64,000 bases of DNA from Sarea resinae (lineage: Eukaryota): positions 62,001 to 126,000 of the forward strand of contig JAPEUD010000067.1 in NCBI GenBank assembly GCA_026026165.1, in the 5' to 3' direction. Position numbers and translations under genes: made by a program. This document shows, piece after piece, positions 1 through 14,281 of the stretch. The notes under the pieces were generated by a model that made no database searches, was not told where the DNA came from, and was given only the letters and a program-made list of their open reading frames with translations. Within the stretch, counting starts at the first letter, position 1; the number at the start of each line of letters is the position of its first letter.

Positions 1-1333
1 TGGCTTGCGAAGTTTCTGTGACTGATGTGATCTAGGTTGCTCAATGGGCGTTGTGAGTACTACATCTACAGTTGCATCGCTCTCCATGCCATTTCTACCG
101 CTAATTTACACACCCCGAGTAGCGCCTTTGGCGGCATGATTGCGTTTTGCATTATCGTTGGTGATAGCATACCACATGTCATGGCAGCATTGTTCCCTTC
201 ATTAGAGAATACCCCTTTCCTTTGGCTTCTAACCGACCGTCGAGCTGTCATTGTCATTTTCATACTCGGTATCTCGTACCCTCTCTCCCTGTATCGGGAT
301 ATTGCAAAGGTGAGCTTGGCGTACACCGTCCTTCTTCGCTCCAGTGACTAATGTGACACAGCTTGCCAAGGCGAGTACGCTAGCCTTGATGAGCATGATC
401 GTTATCGTTGTCACCGTGATAACTCAAGGCGTACGAATGCCATCTGAGCTTCGGGGACAGCTGAGAGGCTCTCTTTTCATTAATAGCGGCATATTTCAGG
501 CCATCGGCGTTATATCTTTTGGTAAGGACTATCCTTTGCCAATAACTAAGGAGACTATACTAACCGAGATAGCATTTGTTTGCCGTACGTCAGAGCTGTC
601 CCATGTGTTGAAAGGTTTGACAATTGACTCTCAACCAGACCACAATAGTTTACTCATCTATGGCTCGCTCAAAAAGCCAACATTAGACCGTTTCTCCAAG
701 GTGACACATTACTCGACAGCCATCTCTATGGTCGCCTGCATGACCATGGCCTTAGCAGGCTTCCTCACGTTTGGAGATAGGACACTCGGTAACGTCTTGA
801 ACAATTTTCCTACCGACAACATCATGGTCAACATTGCTCGTTTGTATGTGCCTCTCTCCTGTAGGGCGCGAATCTAGCTAATGGCAGGGTAGCTGTTTCG
901 GGCTCAACATGTTGACTACTCTTCCCCTCGAAGCATTCGTCTGCCGCGAAGTCATGACCAATTACTGGTTTCTGGATGAGCCATGGAATCCTAATCGCCA
1001 TCTACTCTTTAGCACTTCGCTAGTGGTGTCTGCTATGGCGCTTTCTTTGCTGACGTGTGACCTGGGAGCCGTATTTGAGCTCATCGGGGCGACGAGCGCA
1101 TGCGCTTTAGCATATATCCTACCACCACTTTGCTATATCAAACTAAGTACTAGGAGTTGGAGAACGATTCCCGCATGGATGTGTGTCATATTTGGATTCG
1201 TGGTCATGTGCATCAGCCTGGTTCAGGCGGTTGCCAAGGTCATCCGAAGTATGTCCCTGAAATTATTCTATATACTTCTCTGTCTTTGCTTACGTATCAT
1301 GCAGACGAAGGAGGGGCCCAGGTTTGCCGATGA
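1..1333 (+). CDS. AVT2: Vacuolar amino-acid transporter (Aa_trans family, AVT2-like), 5' end outside window
   Basis: Exons 36-52, 123-309, 362-521, 573-584, 639-843, 893-1248 and 1305-1333 are joined by GT-AG introns. Motifs include AIGVISFAFVCHHNSLLIYGSL, GNVLNNFP and LAYILPPLCY. Confidence 0.85.
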
Positions 1334-3566
1334 TATCAAATCGCGGAGCGAAGCGGCCTGAGAGGTTGCTCTCAATTTAAGTCTATCATCAATAGCTTGG
1401 AGTTAACGTCGTCAAATTCACCCAATTGTCTTCTTCTTTTCTACATGAGATTTCCCATGTTCAATTGATTACAGAAGCCCGCCTTCTGCTCCTAAGGTCT
1501 TCGGTATTTAGCCGAGATCACTCCAGCTGACAGACAGCACACTTGACTCCCTTGTTGATCTAGGCTTGTTGATTGTCAATCCAATACCGTGAATTTTAGT
1601 TATAGCCGAAGTTGTATTCTACTAATCCTATCCAAGACTTTATCTCTTCACGCACTTCTTCATGTTCAACTTTGCACGCTGCTTTGATAATACTCTCCCT
1701 TCAAGCCCACCGTCGATTGCACACCTGAGATGGGCTCAGTGCTTAAAGCCTCTCTTATGTCATCGCAGTCCTCGAAAATCCAGATTCGGGCATATTTTCC
1801 TGGTACGAACGAACAGTCTGATACTTAAAGTCAAAAAAATACGGGCTTGTCTGCGCCCATCAAGGAGCTCCTTTTCTGCTGACCCACAGCTGCTTTCGAG
1901 TAAACCAAACTTTACGCCAAAGGCTCCTTTGGCTCCTGAATTCCGATGCCAACGTCCCTGCATCATCCTGAGCTTTGCAGAAGAGCAGTCAGTATATAAG
2001 GCCTCGCAAAGTCCGTTTCCTGGGAACCGCATGAACATGTCGACATCATAGAGATATGTCAATCGGGATTGCCTGCACTTTCGGCGATAGAAGGAGCCGA
2101 GCGGTAAAGACAAGTTGGCGCGACGCCCTCTATGCTGTGCCGCTTTGTTGGCCATCAATATCCACCGGTGGAGGTCGGCAGAAGAATGTAAGGTACCAGT
2201 CAAGCTGTCCTCGTCGAGCACTATATATTTACAGACACTAATCAGTAATATAGCCGCAAAAGAACTTTATTTGTCGACCTTTGACCCAAGTCTCGTAACT
2301 CCTTCAACTCTGTGGAGAGACAGAGCCTACACTTGGAATATTTGACGACTACAACCTTACAGCGAGCATTACTCTTATAGTACGGCAACTTTACAATATC
2401 TGTCTCGAAAACAGTAAGGCGCACATAAAAAGCGAGCTAACAATTGTCCGAGGAAAGGCTTCGGTAATTGTTCATGGGTCACCCTTATGAGCTTTTGCTT
2501 CTCTCTGATCGACCTTTCCTATAGCTTCTATCTTATCATCTTTAAAGATGATTAGACGTGGATGGCCCGCGGCAACTGGATCTTCATCATCTCTCACGAG
2601 CGTGCATGAAACAGGCTGTCTAAGATTTCCTTCATGCTAGAGTCTGACAAAAGAAGAAAACCGGGACTCGGGCCGGATAGTACGCTTGATCATTACACAA
2701 GCTAGCCCCAAGCTTTCCGCCTGTGGGCCCTTTCTCTCAGCCTTGCAACGCTTTCCTACTTGTGTTTGAAGTGGAATCATTTCTGGAGGCAATATATTAA
2801 GACCAAAGTTGAAAGAGCCAGAGGAACAATTGATACCGATTGGCTCGTAACGATGTTTTTCGACTGTGTGCTCGTGGCATGGATACCTTATGAATGATGG
2901 GCTTTCTCAGCTCGCTAGACTCGAGTTATCCTACCTGTCTCGTGCACGGCAGGATTCCATTTGGGAGTCTCGTCCATTCACTTTCCTACAGTGTAACTTG
3001 TCTGGATAGAAGAGGACACTCTGAGTAGGTAGCAAGGAAGACTTCCAATTGTATCAAGGTTGAAACTTTGGAAGTCGTCTGCAAACCTCTTGAGTGGATT
3101 TTGCGCAAAAACTTGAACGCTGATGAGATCTGAGAGCATGACCCTTCTGACATTTCCAATACTCCTTCCGACTGACGACCATCGGACGGGAAGGATCAAA
3201 AGTTCTCGCATGAAACTCTGAAGGTTATAGCACCGCTCGAACTGCACAATCTCTGCACGATCCTGCCCCCGCTCGGCGTCTCGGCGTCTTGACGTGCATG
3301 CTTTGCTATTCACGATCACTACTTCTTCCCACCTTCTTCATCCTTCTATCTCTTCCTCACAACCTCAACAATCGTCTTTTCTTACAACCTTTCCACCAGC
3401 ATCATCATCAGCATTGTCCTCCTCATCGTCCTCCTCCCACTTCTACTTACTCAGCGACTTTCTCATCCACATTTCCTATCACATCTCGTACTAGATTATC
3501 ACTTTTCCCTTCCACCTCTACCAGCAAATTCCATCGGTCCAGACACGACACCATTTACCGCCCAAA

Positions 3567-6500
3567 ATGTCTGCCCCGCCTTCAGAAAGCGAGCAAGCGG
3601 CGAAACTTCGCGTCATGCAACAGCTGCAAGAAGTGAGTAAAACACTTCTATGAAGATACAGCCATCTTATACATCTGTAATTTGCTTGAATCGAGCCCGG
3701 CTCTTGGAGGCCAATACGTTCGGCTGTGCATTGTGGAGCGCCAACACACTTCTGCACTGTTTGCTTCTGCCACATCTATCTGCTTCCAGAAATATCTGGT
3801 CTCCTCACTGGCTGCTTTCATCGTCGCTCTGAACATGGCTGACATTCTCGACAGGAGGCGCTTGGCCCAGCTCGTAGAGATCGCATCTCAACAGACGAGA
3901 TTGGTGGTCAAAATCGTGTCAAGATAGATCTGGATGCGCTCGACACACTAAAGCGTTCAGCGAAACCAGGAACCGCCGAATACAAATTAGCTCAGAAATA
4001 CAAGAGTTCCATTGCTCTGTGGAAAAGTAAGCACACTTGTGATTCTTGATTGACTGACTTGATTCAACATGGCTGATGAATGTCGTGTGCCAAAAAGATG
4101 CCAGATTGGAGGGTCTCGTCGAGGCAGATGAGGATGCCCTCGAACTGGATAGCATGAACTCAGGGCAAACCCATCGCCTGGCGCTTAATGCCAAACTCAC
4201 TACGAACACCAATTGCGGATCGTCCAATCCCCCGGTCAAATACTCTACAAGTCGAGGTGGTCTTCGTGGGTCTGGCCGCGGAGGCGGATTTGCTGGCGCT
4301 CGAGGGAGGGGGAGAGGTGGACATCAAACGGCAATGTAAGTTCATCTAGCCCTCCAACCTATCATAAAAACTTTGGATAGAAGGCAGCTAAGCAATCGAG
4401 TTGATGAGGCACAGGTCTGGGAATGAGCTCTCGAATTTTCAAGAAGCATTACGTCTAAAAGGCCTTTCAATTACCACGAATACTTCATCCAACAATTCTC
4501 CTTCTATCAGCCGCGGAGGGATTCCGTTCAACTCTCGCCCTGTCAGAGCCGGTGCGGCAATATATTCGCCAGGAGAGATGTTGCAGCTGAGGGGTGCTCA
4601 CACCTCCACGGCACCAGGCACTCCTCGCCGTCGCCCTGGCGAATCTCCTGCGGGGTAAGTTTCCCTGTCCAAGTCTCTCCTGAATTCTTTCGCTGATAGC
4701 ATTACGAAGAAGTAGATGGAGCAAGAACTTGTCATCTGACCCAAGCTCCTTCATCTCAGCAGTAGAAGGTAATTGGGTGAAGAGTAGCAAATCGGCAGTC
4801 CCAGCGCCAAAGCTATCGCATCCCCAACTGATCGTCAAATCTTCAAATTCTAACGCTGAGCCATCCCCAAAGCTTTTAGAGCCGATCTCTATGAAAGCGA
4901 CACCAGTCATCCCTACTGCATCAAAGGCAATGACTGTTAGAGCGACGGCTGCTGAGGAAGTGACATCTGCTCACTCTCAGAGTGGTGTTCAACTCTCTGA
5001 AGCTCCTGCTGAGCATTTGCACGCTGCTTCTAAGCACGTAGGAGGCTCTGCCAAGTTCTCGATTGAGGTTCCGAATGTCTCTCAACCACCAGCGAGTGCG
5101 GTTCAAATTGAAGAGACATCTGCTATGCCTCAATCAGATAATACTGTTCCGCCGCCTGAGACTGAGCAGACCTTCGCTCAAACCAGAGCTCCATTCGAGC
5201 CCGCCATTGAGGAGGGCCAGCAGGTTGAGATTATTGACCAGCCTAGCGCACAAGATGCTACGTTGTTCTCATTGAATGAACATAATCTGTCTCGAAGTCA
5301 AGACTCTTCCTCCGTCGTCGAGCCAGACGAAGCATTAATACTCCAGTCGGCTAATTTGATCGACCTCGAGGGGCTCGACTTCGAACCAGATACTACAGGC
5401 ACTAAAACCAGCGAGCCTCTAGAGAATGTTGATGCTATGGACAATCATACCTCAAAGGTGGGCGAGTTGATCTCGGCTCTAGGTCGCTTCTCTCCAGAGG
5501 ATCTGGAAGATATTTTCGGTCAAATACTTGAATCTCGTCGAAAGGCAATATTCACTGAGCCTTCTCAGGACCTACCGACTGCGGTCCAAGATAAGTTGGA
5601 GAGTAAAGAGATACGTGTGAATCAGGATGAGGATATGGCAAAGGAGGTAGAACAGGTCACGGGAAGAATTGCTGCGATGCGTCTAACTCCCGAGGGGAAA
5701 GGAAGCGTGCGTACTGATCAGCACATGCCAGGTGATAAGCTCTCCCAAGGAGCCGGAGCTAAATCCGATGATGTACTTAAAGACATGCCTATAGCGGCGG
5801 CTGATGACCCCTCTCTGGCTGGGACAGATACTTCGCCGAAAGCTTCTATCAACACTGGGCTTACGAAAGCTCATCAGACTGTGTTGAAGGTGGGCGACAA
5901 GGGGGTCGTTGGTTCGAAGTGGGCGACTTCTTCGTCATCTCCTCAAGTACCAGGTGCTCCACAGCCGGAAGCAGAGCAAGTTATAGTCCATCATCAAGCC
6001 ACGGAATCGGCATCAAGAGTTGGCGCCAACGACGTCTTTACATTCAGAGGGGCCAGTAAAGCTCCAGGCTCTGAAGCCTTAATTCCTCGGTCCACAAAAG
6101 AATATGTTGGAACAAACAATTTGCCGAGTACAGCAGCAGTAGTAAAGGTCGGCAGCAAGGATTTCCTCACTTCGAAATGGGCGAATATGAATGGCCCCGA
6201 AGAGACCAGTCTCCCACACCCTACAAAGGAGCCAGTTCGTGTTGACGATCTTCCATTGGGAACCTCAGCAAGCAGCGGCATCAAGAGTAGTGTGAAGGGA
6301 ACGACAGAGCTTGCCAAGACTATTTCTCAAGTGTCAAATGATGAGCAGCTAACATCTCCCACCTCGCCTCGTTCAAGTGCTTCGTCAAAGATGTTTTCTC
6401 TTGGTCCCCTTCAAGGCACTCTTACCGAGTCTATACATGCTCGCCAAAGCAAGCCTAATTCAGGTCAATCAGCTCTTGCTAGTAAGTATGCCGAGCGACT

Positions 6501-6853
6501 GAAACAGTGTATGTATCAGCGAGCTAATTACGCTCCAGGTTATGAAAAACAGGCACCAGCACCATCCGCGTTTGCCGGTAATCTTGCGAATACCAAAGAG
6601 GGACAACAGCCACTGTCACACCGCTCCCCAAATAAGCCCCATCTTCAGGGTAAGCGCCTGCCGTCATGGCAAGCATAGAAGTAGTTAGGTCCTGATTTGG
6701 CACATAGAGTCGGCTTCCAATGAGCAGCGGCCCATGTTAGCCGCACGCTATCTAGCCAATCTACGGAGCGACCTTCGCAAGGAGAACGTTGTAAGAATTG
6801 AAGACTTCGTCAAGAGAACACAGGCTGCAAGCAGACGGCAGGCTCAACGGTAA
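3567..6853 (+). CDS. Large low-complexity hypothetical protein with RGG tract and repeated SKWA motifs
   Basis: Exons 3567-3632, 3855-4026, 4098-4335, 4415-4654, 4716-6649 and 6708-6853 splice in frame with canonical donors and branch sites. It includes the 649-aa ORF. No family recognised. Confidence 0.7.
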
Positions 6854-8012
6854 ATGTGTGAACGGATGAATGGAAAATGCATGTCTAAATCTGGGATGTG
6901 TCATACCTTCTTTATTCTGAATGCATTCCAGAATTCTAGACTTGCAGCTGTCAGCTTTTGTCTCGTGTCTTTCTTATCCCATCTGTCATGTTATGACTGA
7001 TTCTGTGGATTGAAAAGTCCTGTACTTCTTGTCCTCCCACCCAACCCTCTTCGAAAGCCAAAATAAAAGCCTGATATGATTTCCTTTTGTCTCCTTCCTC
7101 TCTTTCTTGCTTTGTTTCTTTCTTGATTCAACCTGTCTCACCAATACGAGGATCACAGGAAGACAGCACGACAGTGTATCCTCCATTTCTCTTTGTATGC
7201 AGCAAAAACAATGAAAATAATACAATGGAAGCATGTCCTGACATGTTTTCTTCCCCGACTGAACACATGTACTATTACGGCCCTACTCGCGCCCGCCTAG
7301 GAAAGCAAGTGTCCAACCTTACGGCCAGTGCTGGGTTGCCTGTGGGCAAGGCGTTATAGATAGCGATTTGATATAAGCCACTTAACATCCAGTTAGGCTT
7401 CGGTAAAAGTAAATCAGCAATATAGGCATTGCCTCCACTTGAGGGTTGAAGAGATGCCATGGAGAAATCTTCGAAAGTCTTCTGGTTGACGTATCACTAA
7501 TCATAGAATTTGATAACGATGAGTGAAAAGGGAGTGAGGTATCACCGTAAAGAAGAGGACGCTTAGGCGAATGGGAAAGAATACTACAGTATCCAGTAAA
7601 ACATTCTATTTCATCAAAAGATGAATCTCAGACATTTTCTTAGGCAAACAGCTCAAGCATCTCGCTCTGTATGCAAGCTACTTTAGTTACGGCTATCATG
7701 TAACAAGACTTCCTTCCAAGGAATTGATATCAACCTGAAACAGAACAGAAACGACAAGAATGATATGTTCCAACACCTCAAAGTGTGAGAAAAGAAAAGG
7801 GCCAGAGCACGAAGTTTCTGACGGATGTCGCTGCTCGACCTGAAAAACGCCTTGATCTGAGACCCACAGCAAATTCACGCCATGCGACAAAACAATTTCT
7901 GCTACTCCTTGCTTAATTAAGTCAATGTTCAAGCTCTCTTGCTTCACAAAAGGCCATTCCCTATCATCGTTGGGTTCTATTCCGAATTGGAAGAGCTGTT
8001 GCGTAATACGTC

Positions 8013-10107
8013 TCATGCTTCGCCGATGCGCTGACGCTTCGAATCACCACCACCCCCTCTGTCCGTAGGGACATTGACATGTCCTGTCGTCACGTCTCCC
8101 AGAGGTGGTCGTTGAGCCCTAAGATCCAAATTAGCCAAACTAAGCAATATATCTTGAGAGAAGCATGAAGATGAGAAATGGGAACTATACGGAATTACAC
8201 TATTCTCAAACGGACGTTTCGGCCCTGCTGGGCCAGGGGGTCTATAAGAGCTTCGATTTTGTAGCGGACTGGCCGTAGCCGCCGGCATGCCAATACGCCG
8301 TCCCGGCTCTGCTTGTGGATTAGCAAAGCTTGGCCTGGGCATCGCGTTTGAGTTTGCCGTCTGATTGGATATACCCAGCGCCTCCCGGCTAACAGGTCTC
8401 GTTTTACTGTGATCCACGCCGCTAGTCTTACGTATTGAAGGGCTCTCCGAATGGGGATTGAATAATGGCGCGTTGAGAGACATAGATTTTGGATCTTGTA
8501 ACGCCTCCGCTGCTCGCGCTGTGAAGAAGCCAACGGGCGCATCGCGTCCTGGGGCTGCACTTTGCCCCGAAGCTACTTTCTGTTGCCAATTCTTCGACGC
8601 CTGCTGTTGTGCCAGGTACTGGTCAGGAGCGCTGGCAGCAGATGTTGTATTTCCTGTGAGATTTGGAGCTTGCGGAAGTGTTGTCTGTGGCGCAGTAAGA
8701 GCTTGCTGCGGTCTCTGAGCAGACATCATAGTAACATTAGAAGAGTTTGCAGTGGCGCGGCTCTGAGGCGTCGTTCCGCTCGGAGCATGGCTGTTTGTTG
8801 GGGTACCTGGATTTCGTGCCTGGGTTTGGGGTTTTGGGAGCTGGCCACTTTGAGGTGTTCGTGACGCGTTTTGGAGAGAGAGCGGTGTCGGCATTAGATG
8901 AGGCCGTGCTAAGGGGTTTTTTGCATTTGGTGTAATGTTAGTCTGAGGTGCCTCGCTGCGGGTCGACAATTCTATTGGCCGAGCCTTAGATTGCTCTGAA
9001 GGAGTACAGTCAAGGGCCTCTTCATCGAAGTTCCTCGTAGTAGCTCCATAGCTCTCACTGAAGTTGACTTCGTCAAACTCATCACCCGCTAGCATTCATT
9101 CAGTCATTACGCTGGACAGTCTAGAGTTCTTTGCTAGACAACATACCGCCAAACTCGTCGTCAGCATCTGCATCTATAGCTAGAAATCATCAGCACGTCT
9201 CAGATCTCAGAGCGCAAATCGCTGCTACCCACAAAGGTCCCCTGTTTGGTTCTGCCTCCGGTCTGATCCTTCGTCCGAACTAGGCTCTTTCTTTGCTGGC
9301 GCAAAGTCTGGATGTCTATGTAGATTATCGATATCCCACTTGCACTGCTTGAAACTCAGTAAATACTCTCCTGTCGATTCAGGCTGCTTACTGGTGCCAC
9401 CTTCACTTTCGTAATCTTTGCAAGATACTCTTTGTCGTATATGCAATTGCCCAGAACTTTGCCAAAGTTCCGGAGAGCCCTCTTAAGGGCGTCGGTGGTT
9501 CCCTCCTTTTTAGCTTTCTCGAATGCCGCCGCCTTTCCCTTGCAATTCTCAATATGACCGTACCCTATATCCTATGTCATGTCAGCGATTCCTGGGGCTG
9601 GGCATTCTCCAGTATCTGACCTCGTGAAATGTTCCATCTTTCAACGTCACTCGGACGATCACGGATAATCCTAGGCTAATCTTCCCTTGTGCGACTTCAT
9701 CCACCTGATCCAAGGTATGAGCTAGGTTAACGATCTGAAGACGGCGGCATGAAACCCAATATCTCACAAAATCTATTTGAACGGTCTGTATGGCGGATGA
9801 CCATCCATTGAAACCGAAGACCTCGTTGGCCAGATTGATGCATTTCTCTGCAGTTATGTAGTGCACCTTCTGTCCTGCCGCACCCGGTCTAGATGAGATG
9901 TACTCAGGACCCAGTTGCTTGTCCAATCGACTCTGCAAGGTTGCAATTTCCTGGGCTGTATATCCACTAACGTGGGCTGTGGCCTCCTCAAATGGATTCA
10001 CCGCCGTCGAAGTCATCCGATGCTGGTCTCCTGGACTTGATGGGCGTTAGAACGGCATGACAGGAGGACCTCAAGCAGAGATAGGCGACCAGAACTCACG
10101 CCGGCAT
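8013..10107 (-). CDS. RAD52: DNA repair and recombination protein Rad52
   Basis: The Rad52/22 domain motifs [23 protein letters not shown] and [17 protein letters not shown] are present. ATG at 10107 (8-nt first coding exon), multiple introns, disordered C-terminus. Confidence 0.95.
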
Positions 10108-10731
10108 GGTCGAATCACTTCCTGAGCAATGATTTTAAGAATGCACCATGCACGAGCAACGTTGAGTCGCGAAGGTACTCTGCTCTAGAAGTAGGCGTCA
10201 TTTGTCTAACAGGGACTGTTCCCTCATAGGTGACGCGCCGCTCGCGCCAGGTAAGCCCGCCTCCAGCATGTCAGACACGTCCAGGAGATGCGCATTCACG
10301 TGACAGATACCTCGTACAAAGTACTTTACATCCTTCGTACTAAAAGGCATTGGATGGGACCTCGAGTCATCAAATACCCGCGCATGAAGCAAACTACTGA
10401 CTACCTTAGGTTCCATAAGGCAGGTAGTACTACATGGATAGTAATTCATCACGATAATAAAGGAACCATACTTCAGCGAGGTTTGGGAAGCTTCACGATT
10501 GATTTCGTACTGGACATGATATATCATTTGAACGCAGTCCACTGGGGCCACTTCAGAGATTTCTCATGGGTTCAGAGATGAACACATCTTCTCCGCTGTA
10601 CAGACGGTAAAAAGGGACGTTAGCCATTGATCATGGATATCTGTATTTAGGCTTCCTTATGGATCTCGTTAGTTCGTCCCTAGTCATTGATAGCCAACTG
10701 ATAAATAATCCTCAGGCGACCTGGAAGCACA

Positions 10732-11887
10732 TCATCTAACTATCAGTGCTGCGCTGGGGACCAAGCCGGCCTCTTTTAATGTTTGGCCAAATTCTGTCTG
10801 CTCAAAGACCTTCCTCGGAAAATTCTGTGCAAAGCTTTGAACCGCCACGCCGCTTTCTTGTTTTAAAGCAGCTGCGACCTCGAAGAGTGTGGTGTCAACT
10901 GGGAAAGTCTTCTGGATGTTGCCGCTTGGCATCTGCAGCCTGAGTCTAGCTTCCGTGTAAGCCGAAGCCGGTTTGGACGCAACCAAAGCTGACGGTTCAG
11001 GCACTGAAGCTGGAGTTTGCTCTGGTTGGGGGACGCGGCCTTGGCGTTGTGCCTTCTCTTTCTCGGCTTTCAGGCGCCGCTCCTCTTTATCTGCGGCGAT
11101 TTTCGCTCGTATACGTTCTTTCGCAGCAATTTCGTCTTGCTTCTCTCGCCGCTTGGCGGCTGCTTCTTTCAGTTGTTCCTTTTTCATGAGATCTTCTTTA
11201 ATGTCCTGGGTCTCTTTCGTGGCCTTACGACGAATTGCCTGTTCCAGTGAAAGTCAGCATGGATGCCTACAAAGAGAAACGTACAGCTAATCACCTCATT
11301 CCTCTTCTTCTCCTCCTTATCCTCTACTGACATCTCCGCTTTTCTTTCCGCGGCTTTACGTCTCAACTCCTCCAACTTTGCCTTTTTCTCCTCGGCCGTA
11401 AGCTCGGGAATCACTTCCGTACTCTCGGAGAAATCAACATGCTCGCTAAGTCAAAAGTGTCGTTAGCAAAAGCGCGGTAGTACCAGAAGGAAGTTATTCC
11501 ATAGATCGAGTAGGCATACGTTTTGGAGGCGTGAAATTCGGCCTGAGCATGGCTCCGGAATCGCTTCTGGCATATATTGCAGACGAGACTATGCGCTTCC
11601 TCCCCTGGCTTAAGGGCTGGAGGTTCCGCGGATGGATCGTCCTCGTCGTCCTGCTGTGCAGTAGAATCAAGCTCGTGCAGAGCTTTGTCTTGATTGGCTT
11701 CGAGCCATTCCAGCGCGCCCTGTACTATGCACTACTTAGAAAGGCCCAAAGACACTCGTTGCCTACTGGCTTTGATGCAGTGAGAAGAAGAGGATCACTT
11801 ACGGCCACCTGACTTTCGAACAGCTAATTCCGCTCTTTCCTTTTCGAAGCCCATGTCTAGGAGAACCGCAAGATCCGTAGAAGCCAT
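10732..11887 (-). CDS. UBA + C2H2 + coiled-coil + UBX domain protein (UBXN1-like Cdc48 adaptor)
   Basis: N-terminal LLDMGFEKERAELA/QGALEWLE (UBA), CNICQKRFRSHAQAEFHASKTEH (C2H2) and C-terminal ARLRLQ..FPRKVF..GLVPSAALIV (UBX). Confidence 0.9.
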
Positions 11888-13039
11888 GACGGATGGGTAT
11901 TCTGTAAGATGAGGATCAAGATTAGGAGATCAGATGCGCAGCATAAGCCTTCCCACAAAAGGAGTAGGCGGTGAGACGGCGAACGAACGGGTTAGATTAT
12001 TGGAGTAGTAGTAGTAGACCCAAGTGAATTGGTCTGGTGGTGAGCGAAGTGGTGGTTGACGGGCGTATATTGCACTTCGTCATACCTTAGGTAACCAACT
12101 GCGCCGTACCATACCCACTCTACCTACCTACGGTAGGTAGGTAGGTAGGTAGGTAAGTACCAAGATACCTTCAATTATTGGTACTGATCCTGCGACCGGC
12201 ACAAGATAGACTCTAGCTATTTCCCATGCTATGGAAGTTGAGCGCAAAAGACAAAAGCGTACGGAGTAGTATCTAGTGCTTCATAACGTATTCAATGTTC
12301 CTTGGCAGTCCTGGAGGAATAACCCTCCGGTACTGGAATGGAACAGAACGATGATGGAGTAGCTCATGTCCTTCTGTTTATCTTGGTACCTTAGTTACTG
12401 CACAGTACTTACGACTTCTCCTCACTGCATGTTAGAAAGGCCCAACATTTCCACAGCGATACGGCAGTAGAGTAGCTTGGTACGTCGGTCTATGAGTAGT
12501 AATCATTGAGCATTGGCCGAAGATGTTTCCTATTCAAGTAGTATCTACAAATCCATACCTCAGTACAGTAGGTATACTCCGGAGTAAGTCTAGTCGGTAC
12601 TCTGTATCCATATGGCATTTCACCCCCAAGTTAGGTGTACAAAGTACACACGATTGCGTAGAATTATTACAAATTTGCTGATAATGATAATAATAACAAT
12701 AGCCTTGTGTATGAAATATCATTCAATTACTGCCTCAGGCAGATGGATGTGAAGTCGGCCATCCCCATTCATCTGCATACTTCGTACTTCCCTGTCCACA
12801 CTGTCACCCACAGTCACGATCGGTCATCATTTACCGCTGTTCGTCGTTCAAGCAGGTGTCACGCGTCATCGGCTCAGTGCCAACTACTTACCTACCTACC
12901 TCCTACGCAGTAAAGGTACCTACTTACCTACCAGGAGAGCCCCAGCCCAGCCCACCACCTTCATTCAACTTTGTTGCAAAGCACGCCTGTTGCTTCAACT
13001 TCGTCTCCATCTATTATCGATCGTGTTGCGACTATCATC

Positions 13040-14281
13040 ATGTCGGTCGAACTCGATCCGCCCGAATTGGGCTTCCGCCGTACGTTCGCACCGAGTACCT
13101 CACTACCACGCGCAGACATGGAATTGATGCGCTGAATCTAGGTCCTTTTACCCACGAGGTAACTCAGATACTACGTCTCCGCAATACCAACAGTGATCCT
13201 GTCGCGTTCAAGGTAGCTGGCTCTTCGAATCTGTTGTCCTTGAATCAGCAAATTAAAGGCTGACATTTCTTCACTGAACGCAGGTCAAGACGACTGCTCC
13301 AAAGCAGTAGGTCTCCTGCCACCTCTGATAGCATGCCCCTGCCGAGTGCTAACTTCGATGCAGATACTGCGTCAGACCAAACTCCGGAAGGATCGAGGCA
13401 GGACGAGATGTGGAAGTACAAGGTATTCAAGTAGCATTGATGCTCTCCATTCAGCTACTAAGAAAACCAAATTAGTCCTACTTCAAGCCATGAAGGAAGA
13501 TCCTCCGCCAGATGCGCGGTGTCGAGACAAATTCCTCGTCCAATCTGTGGCTGTCACAGCGGATAAGGAATTTTCAAATGTTAATTCCATCGCAAGTCAT
13601 CCATAGTAAGCCTCATATGAGGCACGTGGCTTACCGTTTGAGCAGTGGCAACACGTCGAAAAGAACTCTAAATCTGCCATTCAGGAGAAAAAGATTCGCG
13701 TCGCTTTCTTGCCGGCTGATGATTCTTCGGCAAGCCCCAACAACGACGGCACGGTTAGTTGGATACTTTGTCAGCATTCTGGATAGTCTTACTGACCGCT
13801 GCATTAGTCCAGTCATGACCTCTCCACGGACGAGCCTCCAGCATACGCCTCACCATCTCCTGATGCTGTAACACCATCTAATCGGGCCTCCGGAACTCCT
13901 GTTGGTCCGACATCGAAACCCGAATCGCGCCCGGTTGACAGCAAGCATCTTGGCGACGCCGTAAGCTCTGCTCGAAATTCTGCTACTGGCCAGAACGGCC
14001 AGCAATCTGCCAGCTTCGCCAACTCCATGCCCACGACGTCAGATGACTTGAAGGCGCAACTCGCAGACGCTAAAGCTACAATCTCCAAGTTGAGACAGCA
14101 ATCGGAAGAGCAAGGACTGAGACAGAGAAAGAGTAATGCGGTTAATCAGGATTCGAGGGAGCGTATCGCGGCGGGAACGACAGGCATGGGCATCCAATCG
14201 CATTCGGCAGATGGTGTCCCAGTACAGATTGTTGCTGCACTTTGTCTACTGAGCTTCCTCTTAGCCTACTTCTTCTTCTAG
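13040..14281 (+). CDS. SCS2: VAMP-associated ER protein (MSP domain, VAP/Scs2)
   Basis: MSP motifs AFKVKTTAPKQYCVRPNSG and CRDKFLVQS, a coiled coil and a C-terminal TM anchor. Six introns, one of them GC-AG (13592-13645). Confidence 0.93.

Noticed and set aside
1662..2345. Two same-frame ORFs separated by two TAG codons (possible pseudogene or edited gene)
   Set aside because: No recognisable domain or splice structure; compatible with chance.
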